Below are positions 51,951 through 60,905 of a DNA stretch of 64,000 bases, piece after piece. Location of the stretch: the NCBI GenBank assembly GCA_963664485.1, contig OY761459.1, forward strand, positions 69,275-133,274. Reading direction: 5' to 3'. This DNA comes from Syntrophales bacterium. Lineage in GTDB: Bacteria > Desulfobacterota > Syntrophia > Syntrophales > UBA2210. A program made the translations under genes and the position numbers. The stretch's first letter is position 1. Each line of letters starts with the position of its first letter. The notes beneath the pieces were generated by a model that did no database searches, was not told the origin of the DNA, and saw nothing but the letters and a program-made list of their open reading frames with translations.

Positions 51951-54900
51951 TTATAACATCTTCTTGATGGCGCCCAGGTAAGGACCCGAACGATCCAGGT
52001 AGAACGACAACGCCCCGGAAAAGTTTCTCCCCACAATACCGTCGACAAACAACTGGCTTATCTCCCTGTTCCGTTCGAGAACCGACTGGACACGAACGAA
52101 TATCCGGCGTTCTTCGGCAGACATTCCCTTCATAATAGCGCGCAAAGCGACCACGGCACGGGGCTGGTACATCCAGAAGTACAACAGGTCGAGTGCATTG
52201 ATAATCACTATTTTTTCCAGGTCGCGCGCCTCGGCCTGTATGGTAAGAATGAAATTCTCCGGTGATTCAAGCATCTCGCATACGTCGGATTCGGGGAAAA
52301 GCATCTCCATGCGGTCATATGTATCGAATACCTGCCCGATCTTACTTCGATAATCCAGCATGCGGGTACGTATATTCTGGTAACGGTCGGAAAGCCCCTC
52401 GATAAAACCGGCCACACAGTCGGATGCGCCTTTGGAAATCACGGCCGCCCATTTCTGGAGAACGGCATTCACATCCACGATACCGTACGCGGAGAGCATG
52501 CTTCCCGCCGCCATGTTGAAGAGAACGGCGATGGGAATAGACAGGATGGTCCGGAAAAAGTTTCCTAACACAGCGCCCCGGGACAATCCGCGAAAGGCAT
52601 TATGCGTAGAGATATACAGACCGTTTGCGATAGCTATCACGGTATACATCATGACGGGACTGGTAGCGGCCGTAACACCGAACATCCTGTCGAGGAGAAG
52701 CGTTTTGACCAGGTAATCGAGCAGGGGAACGGAAAATCCCGTAAAGAGAAGAGAATCCGTCAGGCGATCCCAACTGACATAATCGTTCCACTTCAACAGC
52801 GGCGAGCGCCGGATACCGCCGCCGCCCATGACGGATTGCAGTATGTTGCGCGCCCCGGTGATGCCGAACCATATGAATGCTCCGAACCATGCCAGCAGCC
52901 ACCAGTCCTTGGTAAGGTAAAACGTAAAAAACGCCGGCACGAATCCGATCAGCACCTTCAGCCAGTTCTTCAACCCGCTGTTGAGATATTCCCACGATAT
53001 CTTCCGGGGGTTCTCCGACAGATCGGGAGATCCGAGATAGCGCCTATTGTGGAGTTCCTCGTCGAACCCGCCGAGCGTGACGATATTGCCCTCCGTCTCC
53101 GTACCCATGTGCGTGGAAAATCTGTTGATTTCCCATTCGTTCCGCCTTTTTTTCCCTACAAGGCGCAGCCCCGGGATACAACAGGCGATCCGGTAAAAGG
53201 CATTCACCAGCCTGCTCGAACTGCTGTGCGGAATGTAGCTGGTACGCAGATAAACACCCGTATTGACAGGAATCGTAAGGCGTGAAGCAGGCGGCGATTT
53301 CTTTATCTCCCTGCGCGCCCTGATCGGAAGCGTATCCGTGATAACAAGCCCCATCCCGTAGAGATGGTGTGAACGCCCGGTGGAATCACTGCCGATGCGG
53401 CTCTTTAAAAGCATTCCCTGATAATAAGACCGGAACGTCGATATATCATGCAGGATCTTTGTGAGCTTGTCGACTCTCCCGGGATCTTTGGGACGCAGGT
53501 GCCGGATGGATTCCCGTATAATACGTTTCAACGCTATGATATTGTCTTCGTTTATCGCACCCTGTAACTCGCTGATTTCCACATTATGCGGCTCCCTGCC
53601 GGTCACATAATCCTTGAGATTGAATATCTCCAGGTGAGTTATCATCCCCTTGCAGTCATAGAGCAGTTCGATCACATCTTCGACACCCAGATTGCCCAGG
53701 GCAAGCGTAATGCTGTAACCGGCATTCAGATATCCCAGCCGCCTGAGGAGCTCGAACGGCGACAGCGTCAGCAACCCGGGGACATCCTCACCGTCGCGCG
53801 GTATAGCGGGATCCGGCACGGAAGGATTGCGACACGGACGAAGATACCCGTCGACAATAGCCTCCGAATCCAGCCTGTTCAGCGCATCCGTAATACCGGT
53901 TATCCGCCGGCGCTCTTCATCCTCCGCCCCGGCATATCGCACCCTGAGACCGGCAACATAATCCTTCATAACCGGCAGCATCTTTGCGTGCGCGTACTCG
54001 GCCAGATGCAGCAGGGACGCCTGACCGACCCCCACAAAAGACATGAACTCACTGCGATCCAGGAGCGGCGGGGAAAACCCGTAACGCTCTTCTATCGCGC
54101 AGCGGTGCCTGTTATTAAACTCGTCGAGAACCGCCATTATGTAACGCCGCTGGTACTCGGAAACTTTCCGGCCCTCGGCCATGAAAGACTGGACAGGCTC
54201 TTCCTTCAGAAAATTAAGGTAATCCTGCGTATCCAGGAGACCCCGCGGCGCCCAGATAAACAGGACATACTTGTCGTGAAACCTCGCGGAGAACTCGACG
54301 CCGACCCTTACCCTGATACCCATGATCTCGGCCGCCTTAAGGAGTTCCTCGGCGACGTCCGCCTTCACATTATTATAATAAATCACCTTGAGCCTTCGGA
54401 TCCCCTTGATCCAGGCATCCATTATCAGATGCGTCGGAGATTTTCTGCCCTTGGTGTTGACATCGTGGACATGATCGTCGGTCGCGACCTGGTTCCATTC
54501 CTCCGGCATCTCCAGCAGGTGATAACGCCGCAATTGCTCCCGCACGATACGCGGTTTCCCCGAAGCCGTGATACGGAAATCATGCGCGAGTTCGAGCTGC
54601 CGGCGATAGTCTCCGCGGGACTGGACCAGCTTCTTCATGATCTGCAGGAGAACCCGCGCGGTATTCTTGCGAAGAAAACTCTGGGCGCTGTAAAGCACCT
54701 CTTCGCGAAGAGAACGCAGGGCACCCAGGCGATCCTCCGCCTCGCCCATCTCCAGAGAATTAAGCAGATGAATTACCGCGTAAGCGACGCGCAACTCCTT
54801 CGACGCCGCCATCTCCTTGATCCCGTGAGGGTGCAGATACGGATTCAGAAGAGTCTTGAGATACTCCCTCGACTTGTCCCTGTTGAGAACCTCATTGACA

Positions 54901-54965
54901 ATAACCAGCAGGTCATGATCCTGCTTGTCAAAAAGTATCCTCGAAGCACCGCTTTCCATCATCAT
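51951..54965 (-). CDS. Large uncharacterised protein: ~660-aa soluble N-terminal region plus a C-terminal multi-pass membrane domain
   Basis: Long ORF with no frame breaks. Hydrophobic helices include WLKVLIGFVPAFFTFYL, WWLLAWFGAFIWFGITG, SPVMMYTVIAIANGLYI and FFRTILSIPIAVLFNMAAG. I recognise no family signature. The track start at 54998 lies inside a MITE, so the MMMESG start (54965) is preferred. Confidence 0.6.
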   Translation of the reverse strand: MMMESGASRILFDKQDHDLLVIVNEVLNRDKSREYLKTLLNPYLHPHGIKEMAASKELRVAYAVIHLLNSLEMGEAEDRLGALRSLREEVLYSAQSFLRKNTARVLLQIMKKLVQSRGDYRRQLELAHDFRITASGKPRIVREQLRRYHLLEMPEEWNQVATDDHVHDVNTKGRKSPTHLIMDAWIKGIRRLKVIYYNNVKADVAEELLKAAEIMGIRVRVGVEFSARFHDKYVLFIWAPRGLLDTQDYLNFLKEEPVQSFMAEGRKVSEYQRRYIMAVLDEFNNRHRCAIEERYGFSPPLLDRSEFMSFVGVGQASLLHLAEYAHAKMLPVMKDYVAGLRVRYAGAEDEERRRITGITDALNRLDSEAIVDGYLRPCRNPSVPDPAIPRDGEDVPGLLTLSPFELLRRLGYLNAGYSITLALGNLGVEDVIELLYDCKGMITHLEIFNLKDYVTGREPHNVEISELQGAINEDNIIALKRIIRESIRHLRPKDPGRVDKLTKILHDISTFRSYYQGMLLKSRIGSDSTGRSHHLYGMGLVITDTLPIRARREIKKSPPASRLTIPVNTGVYLRTSYIPHSSSSRLVNAFYRIACCIPGLRLVGKKRRNEWEINRFSTHMGTETEGNIVTLGGFDEELHNRRYLGSPDLSENPRKISWEYLNSGLKNWLKVLIGFVPAFFTFYLTKDWWLLAWFGAFIWFGITGARNILQSVMGGGGIRRSPLLKWNDYVSWDRLTDSLLFTGFSVPLLDYLVKTLLLDRMFGVTAATSPVMMYTVIAIANGLYISTHNAFRGLSRGAVLGNFFRTILSIPIAVLFNMAAGSMLSAYGIVDVNAVLQKWAAVISKGASDCVAGFIEGLSDRYQNIRTRMLDYRSKIGQVFDTYDRMEMLFPESDVCEMLESPENFILTIQAEARDLEKIVIINALDLLYFWMYQPRAVVALRAIMKGMSAEERRIFVRVQSVLERNREISQLFVDGIVGRNFSGALSFYLDRSGPYLGAIKKML

Positions 54966-54971
54966 ATCCTT

Positions 54972-55135
54972 AAATAGGGACACTCCCCTATTTTTCATTA
55001 GCCACCCGTCTCGTTATTCCAACTCTCTTTTTGTCATTCCGGTGAAAACCGGAATCCAGTTCTTTTTACCTTCTCATCAAACACCAAAAATTCAACATTA
55101 AAAATTGGTAAAAAAAATGGGGGAGTGTCCCTATT
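54972..55135. mobile_element. REPIN/MITE-like element, copy 1 (REP forward, ~115-nt spacer, REP inverted)
   Basis: REP units at 54972-54995 and 55110-55135. The spacer contains the hairpin TCATTCCGGTGAAAACCGGAATCCAG. Near-identical to copies at 59342 and 60737. Confidence 0.85.
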
Positions 55136-57680
55136 AAAAGAATTTTTCCAGGAGCTTTTGCGCGCCTTTCTGTATGTAGTAGGATGAAAGCGCGTTGAGC
55201 ACATATTCGGTATCGAGGAAGGGTATCGGCTTCCTGATCGACCCTTTCAGGGTAATCGGCAGCACCATGTTGCCCTGATTGTTAAGCAGCGCCCTGAGAA
55301 TATCCGCCTTTTCAACCAGTTGCAGGGAATGGCGTTTCGACAGGATCACCGTCCCCTTCAGATCGAGCGTTTTAGCCGCCCGGTCCACGGTACCTTTCAG
55401 GGACGCCACCGAGTCGGTCGCCTTGCTGGTCTGTATGTTTCTCAGGTTCAGCGACTCTACCCGTATAATATTGTCTTTCATGTCGAATGTTCCGTCCAGG
55501 GAATCGAAACGCGTCGATTCATGCCGGGCCACCTCGCCGCCCTGATAGCTGAGGAACCGGCCGATGCCTTCCAGCCCGAAGAGACTGTCCAGGACACTCT
55601 CAACCAGGTTGAAATTCTTCCATTCTCCCTTCGCGAGCAGCACGGACCCCCTGGCGCCGAGCTTCGGCTGCCTGGCCGCTCCTCCCTCCGCGTGCAGTTT
55701 CCCCGAAAGGGTTCCTGCAAAAGTATCCTTATGTTCGGTCAGGGTATCCAGCACCGTACCCACGTCGACCCCCTGTATCGACGGATCAAAAGCCCATCCC
55801 TTTTCCCGGATATCGTAGAACCCCGTGCCCTGTATACCGCCGTCGAATGCTTTGACGTTAAGAGAATCGATGGTTACCCGGCCGGGTCTGTAGCTGAAAT
55901 CCGACTTCGCGGCAGCGAAGGGAATCGCCGCGACAGTGCCTTTACCGATGGCAAGCGTTCCCCGTCCCAGCAGATCTTTTTTACGTGTTCCGCTGATGTT
56001 CAGTTTCATCCCTTCGAGAAGGCATGTCTTCGGCGGATTCGCGGCATCTTTCGCCTGGGGCAGTTGGAATCCGATCCGGCCGGACTCCGCACGCACGTTC
56101 AGAGACAGATTGTCCGGCGGCCCTTTCGCGGAAGCGTTCAGAGCTACCGCACCCTTGAGCGCGTACGCTTCCATAGCGGGAATCAGCGCGCCCCAGCCAT
56201 CCAGTTCCGTCCCGCCTGTTTCCAGGGTAACGTCTACGGACGGTCCCGGCTTTCCCGTTCTCACCTTTCCCGCGGCGTGCGCGGCCAGGTTATGCAGCCT
56301 GCAGTCGATTTTTTCGAACGAGAGATCCCTGCCCTTCTTCATCCCCGCTATATCGAGCGAAAGCGCAGTTCCCGGGGGTTTTCTGAACGCGTTCCCGTAC
56401 GCGATGTTCATGGCATCGGTGTTAATACCGGCATCGATCTTAAAATCTGAAACGCTTCCCGACGAAGCGAACCGCAGGGAGGCCGGACCATCAATGACAA
56501 GCGCCTCCGGCATGGCGCCGATGTATGGGGCAAGCAGGGCGATTAACGTTTTGGGCATCAGTTTTTCGGACGTGCCCGTGATATTCCACTTCGGGCCGGC
56601 AAGAAACCCATCGACTGTTCCGGAGAGGTTTATACTGTTTTCATTTACCGTAATGACCGCCGGCTCTACCGAAAGATGTTGTTTCGCCCAGGCAAGGGAT
56701 AAATTCGCCTTGAGACCGGCGTCGATTTTCCCCGACGGCACGGGCGCTTTCTTTTCAGCTTTTTCCTGAAAAACGAGATCACGCACGGATATCACAGTAT
56801 CCGCGGTCAGGATGTCGCCCAGCGATCCCTTTCCCTTTATATCAGCGGTAACGGCACCCGATTGGACCGCTGCCGGCAGAAGAGCGGATATCCGGGCAAG
56901 AGGGAATGATTTGACGCCCAGATCAATCGAGATTTGCATGTTTTGCACATTAACCGGAGCGCCCAGCGGCCCCAGAGTTCCCTCTATGGAAAAATTTTCC
57001 GATCCGCTTTCGAAAAGATCCGCACTCAGATCGACGGAGACAGGCCGATCGAAAGAAACATCTTCCATGGTGAGATCCAGGGCGTCAACAACCAGGTTGC
57101 CGGCGCCGGGCAGCAGCATCTCGTCGCGGTACAGAACCCTCCCATCCACAATCTGAAGCTCCCTCACGCTGAGAGGCGGTGCCGCGGATTTTGAAGCTCC
57201 GGTATCGGAGGCATCCCCGGCCGCCCAGGCGACGGAAGGCCCTATATGACGAGTTGACGGTGTTCCGGAGGTGTTTCCCTTCTTCTTCAGGGAAGCGAGA
57301 ATATCGTCGAAACTGAATTCCCCGGCGGCATTGCGCGCCACGGAAATTACGGGCCGCTTCAGAACAATCTTCTTGACCTTGATCTCTTTCTTCAGCAGCG
57401 GAAAGAATTCGACCTGCACCTGAAGGCTGTCGAGCGAGACGAAATCGGCGGAAGAAAACCGGGGATTATCCGCAACCCGCAACCCTTGAAGCTCCGCGCC
57501 CAGACCGGACAATATCGTCAGCTCGATATGCGCGAAATCGACATCACGATCCAGATAAGGTTTTATCTGAGCCAGGATCGTTCCCTTGTAACGGTCGAGA
57601 TTAACAAAGAAAGGCGCGAGCATAACGAGAACCAGACAGATAACCACAACAACGATAACACCTGCGATAATCTTCTTCAT
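55134..57680 (-). CDS. AsmA-family outer-membrane biogenesis/lipid-transport protein
   Basis: MKKIIAGVIVVVVICLVLVMLAPFFVNLDRYKG (N-terminal anchor), then a long beta-rich region typical of AsmA-like proteins. The track start MGECPYF lies inside a REP and is rejected. Confidence 0.78.
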   Translation of the reverse strand: MKKIIAGVIVVVVICLVLVMLAPFFVNLDRYKGTILAQIKPYLDRDVDFAHIELTILSGLGAELQGLRVADNPRFSSADFVSLDSLQVQVEFFPLLKKEIKVKKIVLKRPVISVARNAAGEFSFDDILASLKKKGNTSGTPSTRHIGPSVAWAAGDASDTGASKSAAPPLSVRELQIVDGRVLYRDEMLLPGAGNLVVDALDLTMEDVSFDRPVSVDLSADLFESGSENFSIEGTLGPLGAPVNVQNMQISIDLGVKSFPLARISALLPAAVQSGAVTADIKGKGSLGDILTADTVISVRDLVFQEKAEKKAPVPSGKIDAGLKANLSLAWAKQHLSVEPAVITVNENSINLSGTVDGFLAGPKWNITGTSEKLMPKTLIALLAPYIGAMPEALVIDGPASLRFASSGSVSDFKIDAGINTDAMNIAYGNAFRKPPGTALSLDIAGMKKGRDLSFEKIDCRLHNLAAHAAGKVRTGKPGPSVDVTLETGGTELDGWGALIPAMEAYALKGAVALNASAKGPPDNLSLNVRAESGRIGFQLPQAKDAANPPKTCLLEGMKLNISGTRKKDLLGRGTLAIGKGTVAAIPFAAAKSDFSYRPGRVTIDSLNVKAFDGGIQGTGFYDIREKGWAFDPSIQGVDVGTVLDTLTEHKDTFAGTLSGKLHAEGGAARQPKLGARGSVLLAKGEWKNFNLVESVLDSLFGLEGIGRFLSYQGGEVARHESTRFDSLDGTFDMKDNIIRVESLNLRNIQTSKATDSVASLKGTVDRAAKTLDLKGTVILSKRHSLQLVEKADILRALLNNQGNMVLPITLKGSIRKPIPFLDTEYVLNALSSYYIQKGAQKLLEKFF

Positions 57681-57692
57681 CCTTACACCCCT

Positions 57693-57893
57693 AAAATAGG
57701 GACACTCCCCCATTTTTCACTATTTCTCATTAAAATAGGGACACTCCCCCATTTTTTCCTAAGCCTGCCCCGCACTTGATAAGGGGTTATTCCATACCGA
57801 TAGAGATCCGGCTTCCGCTGGAATGATAAAGAAACAGGATTCCGGTTTTCACCGGAATGACTAAGTAAGAAAAAATAGGGGAGTGTCCCTATT
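57693..57893. mobile_element. Rearranged REPIN/MITE-like element, copy 2 (two tandem forward REPs, different spacer, one inverted REP)
   Basis: REP at 57693-57717, 57732-57757 (same orientation) and 57870-57893 (inverted). The spacer carries AAGCCTGCCCCGCACTTGATAAGGGG and the CCGG hairpin in flipped orientation. Confidence 0.8.
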
Positions 57894-59088
57894 ATTTTTT
57901 GAGTTTTTTGCGCAGGAGATCGCCGAGTGTTCCCATTGAGGAATGTGTCTTTCCAAGATATTCGCGATAGTCGTCGTCTCCGGGCGCATCCGGTTCGCCT
58001 TTTCCCCTTGCTTCGCGTTCCGGCACCAGCGTTATACGTCGTTTCTCGAGATCGATACCCTGTACGGTCACTTCCACCGTCTGTCCCTGTACCAGTACTT
58101 CACTCGGATGGTTAAGCCGCTTTCCACCGCCCAGTTTTGATATATGAATCAGTCCGTCCACGCCGCCCTCGAGGGTTATGAAAGCTCCGAACTTTGTCAG
58201 CCGCGCGACCGTTCCGGTATGGGAAGACCCAGCGGGATATTTAGCTTCAACATTATCCCAGGGATCGGGGAGCGTTGCCTTACGGCTGAGAGACACACGG
58301 TTCTTCTCCCAGTCCAGTTTCAGAATGACCGTTTCCAGTTCCTGGCCGATGGAGAGCACCTCGCTAACATCCTCAACCCTGGTCCATCCGATCTCCGAGA
58401 TGGGAAGCAATCCCTGCATTCCGCCGATATCTACAAACGCTCCGAAATCCTGGATCGAAGCCACAGTCCCTTTGATCTTCATCCCCTCGCGCAATTCTTC
58501 CTTCAGCTCCTCGAGCCTGACACGCATTTCCGCTTCCCGGATCGCCCTGTTGGACAGGATTACGTTACGGCCCTTTTCGCCATATTCCGTAATGATAAAG
58601 AGCATCCGCTGCCCCACATATTCGGCGGTAGCTCCCTGCCCTCGAAGCCCCATCTGGGAATACGGGCAAAATGCCGCAGTGTCTCCGGCTATCTTGACCT
58701 GAAATCCCCCTTTTATTTCCTTTTCGATCACCCCTTCGACCGGGATATCGTTACGCATCGCCTCTTCAAGAAAGTTCAATCCGGTTGCGCCCCTGGTAAT
58801 GCGGGTGGTAAACATCAACTCATCGTTTCGCGACGACAGGAAATAGGCCATGATCGTATCGCCGACCTTCACGTTGAGTTCACCGCTTGCATCGAGCATT
58901 TCCTTTTTATCAAGGATACCCTCGCTTTTTCCGCCGAGGTCCAGAAAAATCCAGTCCGCACCGATATCGACCACCCTGGCTTCCATACGCTGGCCAGGCT
59001 CCAGCCATCCGGGTCCGGTAACGCTTTCATTCAGGAGTTCTTCGAACGAGACTTTATTGTTGTTTTCTTCGACAGTCATATCACTCAT
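57892..59088 (-). CDS. S1 RNA-binding-domain protein (four S1 repeats, ribosomal protein S1-like)
   Basis: 398 aa with repeated S1 signatures (GxxVxGxVxxIxxxGAFVDIGG, GLIHISK). Confidence 0.8.
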   Translation of the reverse strand: MSDMTVEENNNKVSFEELLNESVTGPGWLEPGQRMEARVVDIGADWIFLDLGGKSEGILDKKEMLDASGELNVKVGDTIMAYFLSSRNDELMFTTRITRGATGLNFLEEAMRNDIPVEGVIEKEIKGGFQVKIAGDTAAFCPYSQMGLRGQGATAEYVGQRMLFIITEYGEKGRNVILSNRAIREAEMRVRLEELKEELREGMKIKGTVASIQDFGAFVDIGGMQGLLPISEIGWTRVEDVSEVLSIGQELETVILKLDWEKNRVSLSRKATLPDPWDNVEAKYPAGSSHTGTVARLTKFGAFITLEGGVDGLIHISKLGGGKRLNHPSEVLVQGQTVEVTVQGIDLEKRRITLVPEREARGKGEPDAPGDDDYREYLGKTHSSMGTLGDLLRKKLKK

Positions 59089-59230
59089 CCTACCTCATCA
59101 CTTTTTTAAACCGTGACTTTCTACAAACATGCTAATACTAATTCTTTTAAAAACATAAGGCAACCATATTTTCCCCGCCTCCGGATCGGTTTCCTCGAAC
59201 GTACACCTGCGGCCACAAACCATCCGGGTC

Positions 59231-59268
59231 AAAAAACAAAAAGGGCAACCGGATTTAAACGGTTGCCC
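59231..59268 (-). terminator. Rho-independent terminator downstream of the ATPase gene and MITE copy 3
   Basis: Stem GGGCAACCG/CGGTTGCCC, followed on the minus strand by TTTTTGTTTTTT. Confidence 0.55.
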
Positions 59269-59341
59269 CACGCGGAAAAAATTCGCGAGCAAGCTCGCTC
59301 CTATTCACTTTTCAAACCTTCAGTCTTCAGCCTTACACCCT

Positions 59342-59507
59342 AAAAATAGGGACACTCCCCCATTTTTCATTAGCCACCCGTCCCGTTATTCCAACTCTCT
59401 TTTTGTCATTCCGGTGAGAACCGGAATCCAGTCTTTTTGCCTTCTCATCAAACACCAAAAATTCAACATTAAAAATTGGTAAAAAAATAGGGGAGTGTCC
59501 CTATTTT
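59342..59507. mobile_element. REPIN/MITE-like element, copy 3
   Basis: REP units at 59342-59367 and 59481-59507; spacer is the same as in copies 1 and 4. Confidence 0.85.
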
Positions 59508-60657
59508 CCCCGCATCACGCCAACCTACAACGTTCACACCTTTATGCTGATAATTTTCTGTTCCACCGTAGATCAGCGTCGGATTGATCGCCGCATCGCC
59601 CGCCAGGGCCATCCACCTGTCCAGACCGGAGAAAAAATGACCGGTAACGGTCCTACCGGATTTGATCTCAACAGGGGTAATCCGGTCCACCGTGTTCAAT
59701 CAGAATATCCACCTCGACACCATTGCTGTCGCGCCAGAAATGAATGTTAGGACGCTCGCCCCTGTTGAGGAATAATTTCATCAATTCTGCGACTACAAAG
59801 GTTTCAAAAATGTTTCCCCTGAGAGGGTGGGTTTCCATCTGTTCGGGCGTCTGTATGCCCAGCAGCCAGGATACGAGGCCAACATCATAAAAATAGAGCT
59901 TGGGGGCCTTGACCAACCTCTTGTTAAAGTTCACATGATGCGGGCGAAGCTGGAACAGAATGTAGCTGGCCTCCAGCACCGATATCCAGGCCTTAACTGT
60001 ATTGTGGGAAATACCGCATTCCGTGGCAAGAGATGAATAGTTCAGCAGTTGCCCCGTACGTCCGGCGCAAAGACGCACAAAGCGCTGAAAGGCCTCCAGT
60101 TCCTGCACCTTGAGAACCTGCCGGACATCGCGCTCCAGGTACGCCGTTACATAAGCGCCAAACCATGCCCGTACAGGGACATCGCGATCATAAAGCGGAG
60201 GATAGCCGCCGGTATACAGCATCTGGTCAATATTTTGTGGTTGCTTAGGAGACTTTGCAAGTTCCTCCAGCGAAAAAGGAAGCAACTCCACAAAAGCGGT
60301 TCTTCCAGCCAGCGACTGAGTGATGCCGGACATAAGTCCAAACTGCCGGGAACCGGTCAAGACAAAAAGCCCCATGCGTCCATCGGCATCGATCAGAGTC
60401 TGTAGATAAGAAAGGATTTCGGGGCAGCGCTGTACCTCGTCCAGAACAGCGCCATCGGGAAAGCGTTTCAGAAAAGAGCGGGGGTCCTCCCGGGCCATCA
60501 GCCGCGCATCCGGGTCCTCCAGCGACACATAAGGCTTGTCAGGGAACACGATCTTCGCGAGAGTAGTCTTGCCTGACTGACGCGGCCCGTTAATGGTCAC
60601 GACGGGAAAACCCCTCAGCAGGGAGTGAATTGTACTTTCGGCTTTACGTTGTATCAT
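59469..60657 (-). pseudogene. AAA-family ATPase with DUF4143-like C-terminal region, frameshifted near 59684
   Basis: MIQRKAESTIHSLLRGFPVVTINGPRQSGKTTLAK (Walker A). The first ORF ends ..DILIEHGGPDYPC, and ORF 59469..59699 continues VDRITPVEIKSGRTV. Removing one C gives IEHGGRITPVEIKSG. The last 12 codons read into MITE copy 3. Confidence 0.75.
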
Positions 60658-60736
60658 GAACAATATGCTATTCAGATTTATGTATATTGTCAATCATTTT
60701 GTCAATCTGCATAATCACGCAACCCTTCAGCCTTCT

Positions 60737-60905
60737 AAAAATAGGGACACTCCCCCATTTTTCATTAGCCACCCGTCTCGTTATTCCGACTCTCTTTTTG
60801 TCATTCCGGTGAAAACCGGAATCCAGTCTTTTTGCCTTCTCATCAAACACCAAAAATTTAACATTAAAAATTGGTAAAAAAAATGGGGGAGTGTCCCTAT
60901 TTTTG
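60737..60905. mobile_element. REPIN/MITE-like element, copy 4
   Basis: REP units at 60737-60762 and 60876-60905; spacer as in copies 1 and 3. Confidence 0.85.

Noticed and set aside
53586-54977. 463-aa plus-strand ORF, and similar long antisense ORFs at 55320..56450, 58144..59109, 61447..62457, 45409..46368, 52602..53285
   Set aside because: Each is antisense to a longer ORF with better protein-like composition or motifs. They are Arg/His/Pro-rich.
57681-57713. N-terminal extensions MGECPYF.. (AsmA-like gene, ORF 50816..51181) and MKNRGVSLFK (54966..54998)
   Set aside because: They are encoded by REP sequence. The downstream starts have ribosome-binding sites and family-typical N-termini.
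59281-59300. TTCGCGAGCAAGCTCGCTCC hairpin resembling pseudomonad-type REP sequences
   Set aside because: There is a single copy in the window and the stem is short, so a repeat family cannot be assessed from here.
50416-60905. REP/MITE copies as a CRISPR-like or tandem array
   Set aside because: The copies are separated by whole genes (0.7-3 kb) and occur as inverted pairs, which is not a repeat-spacer architecture.
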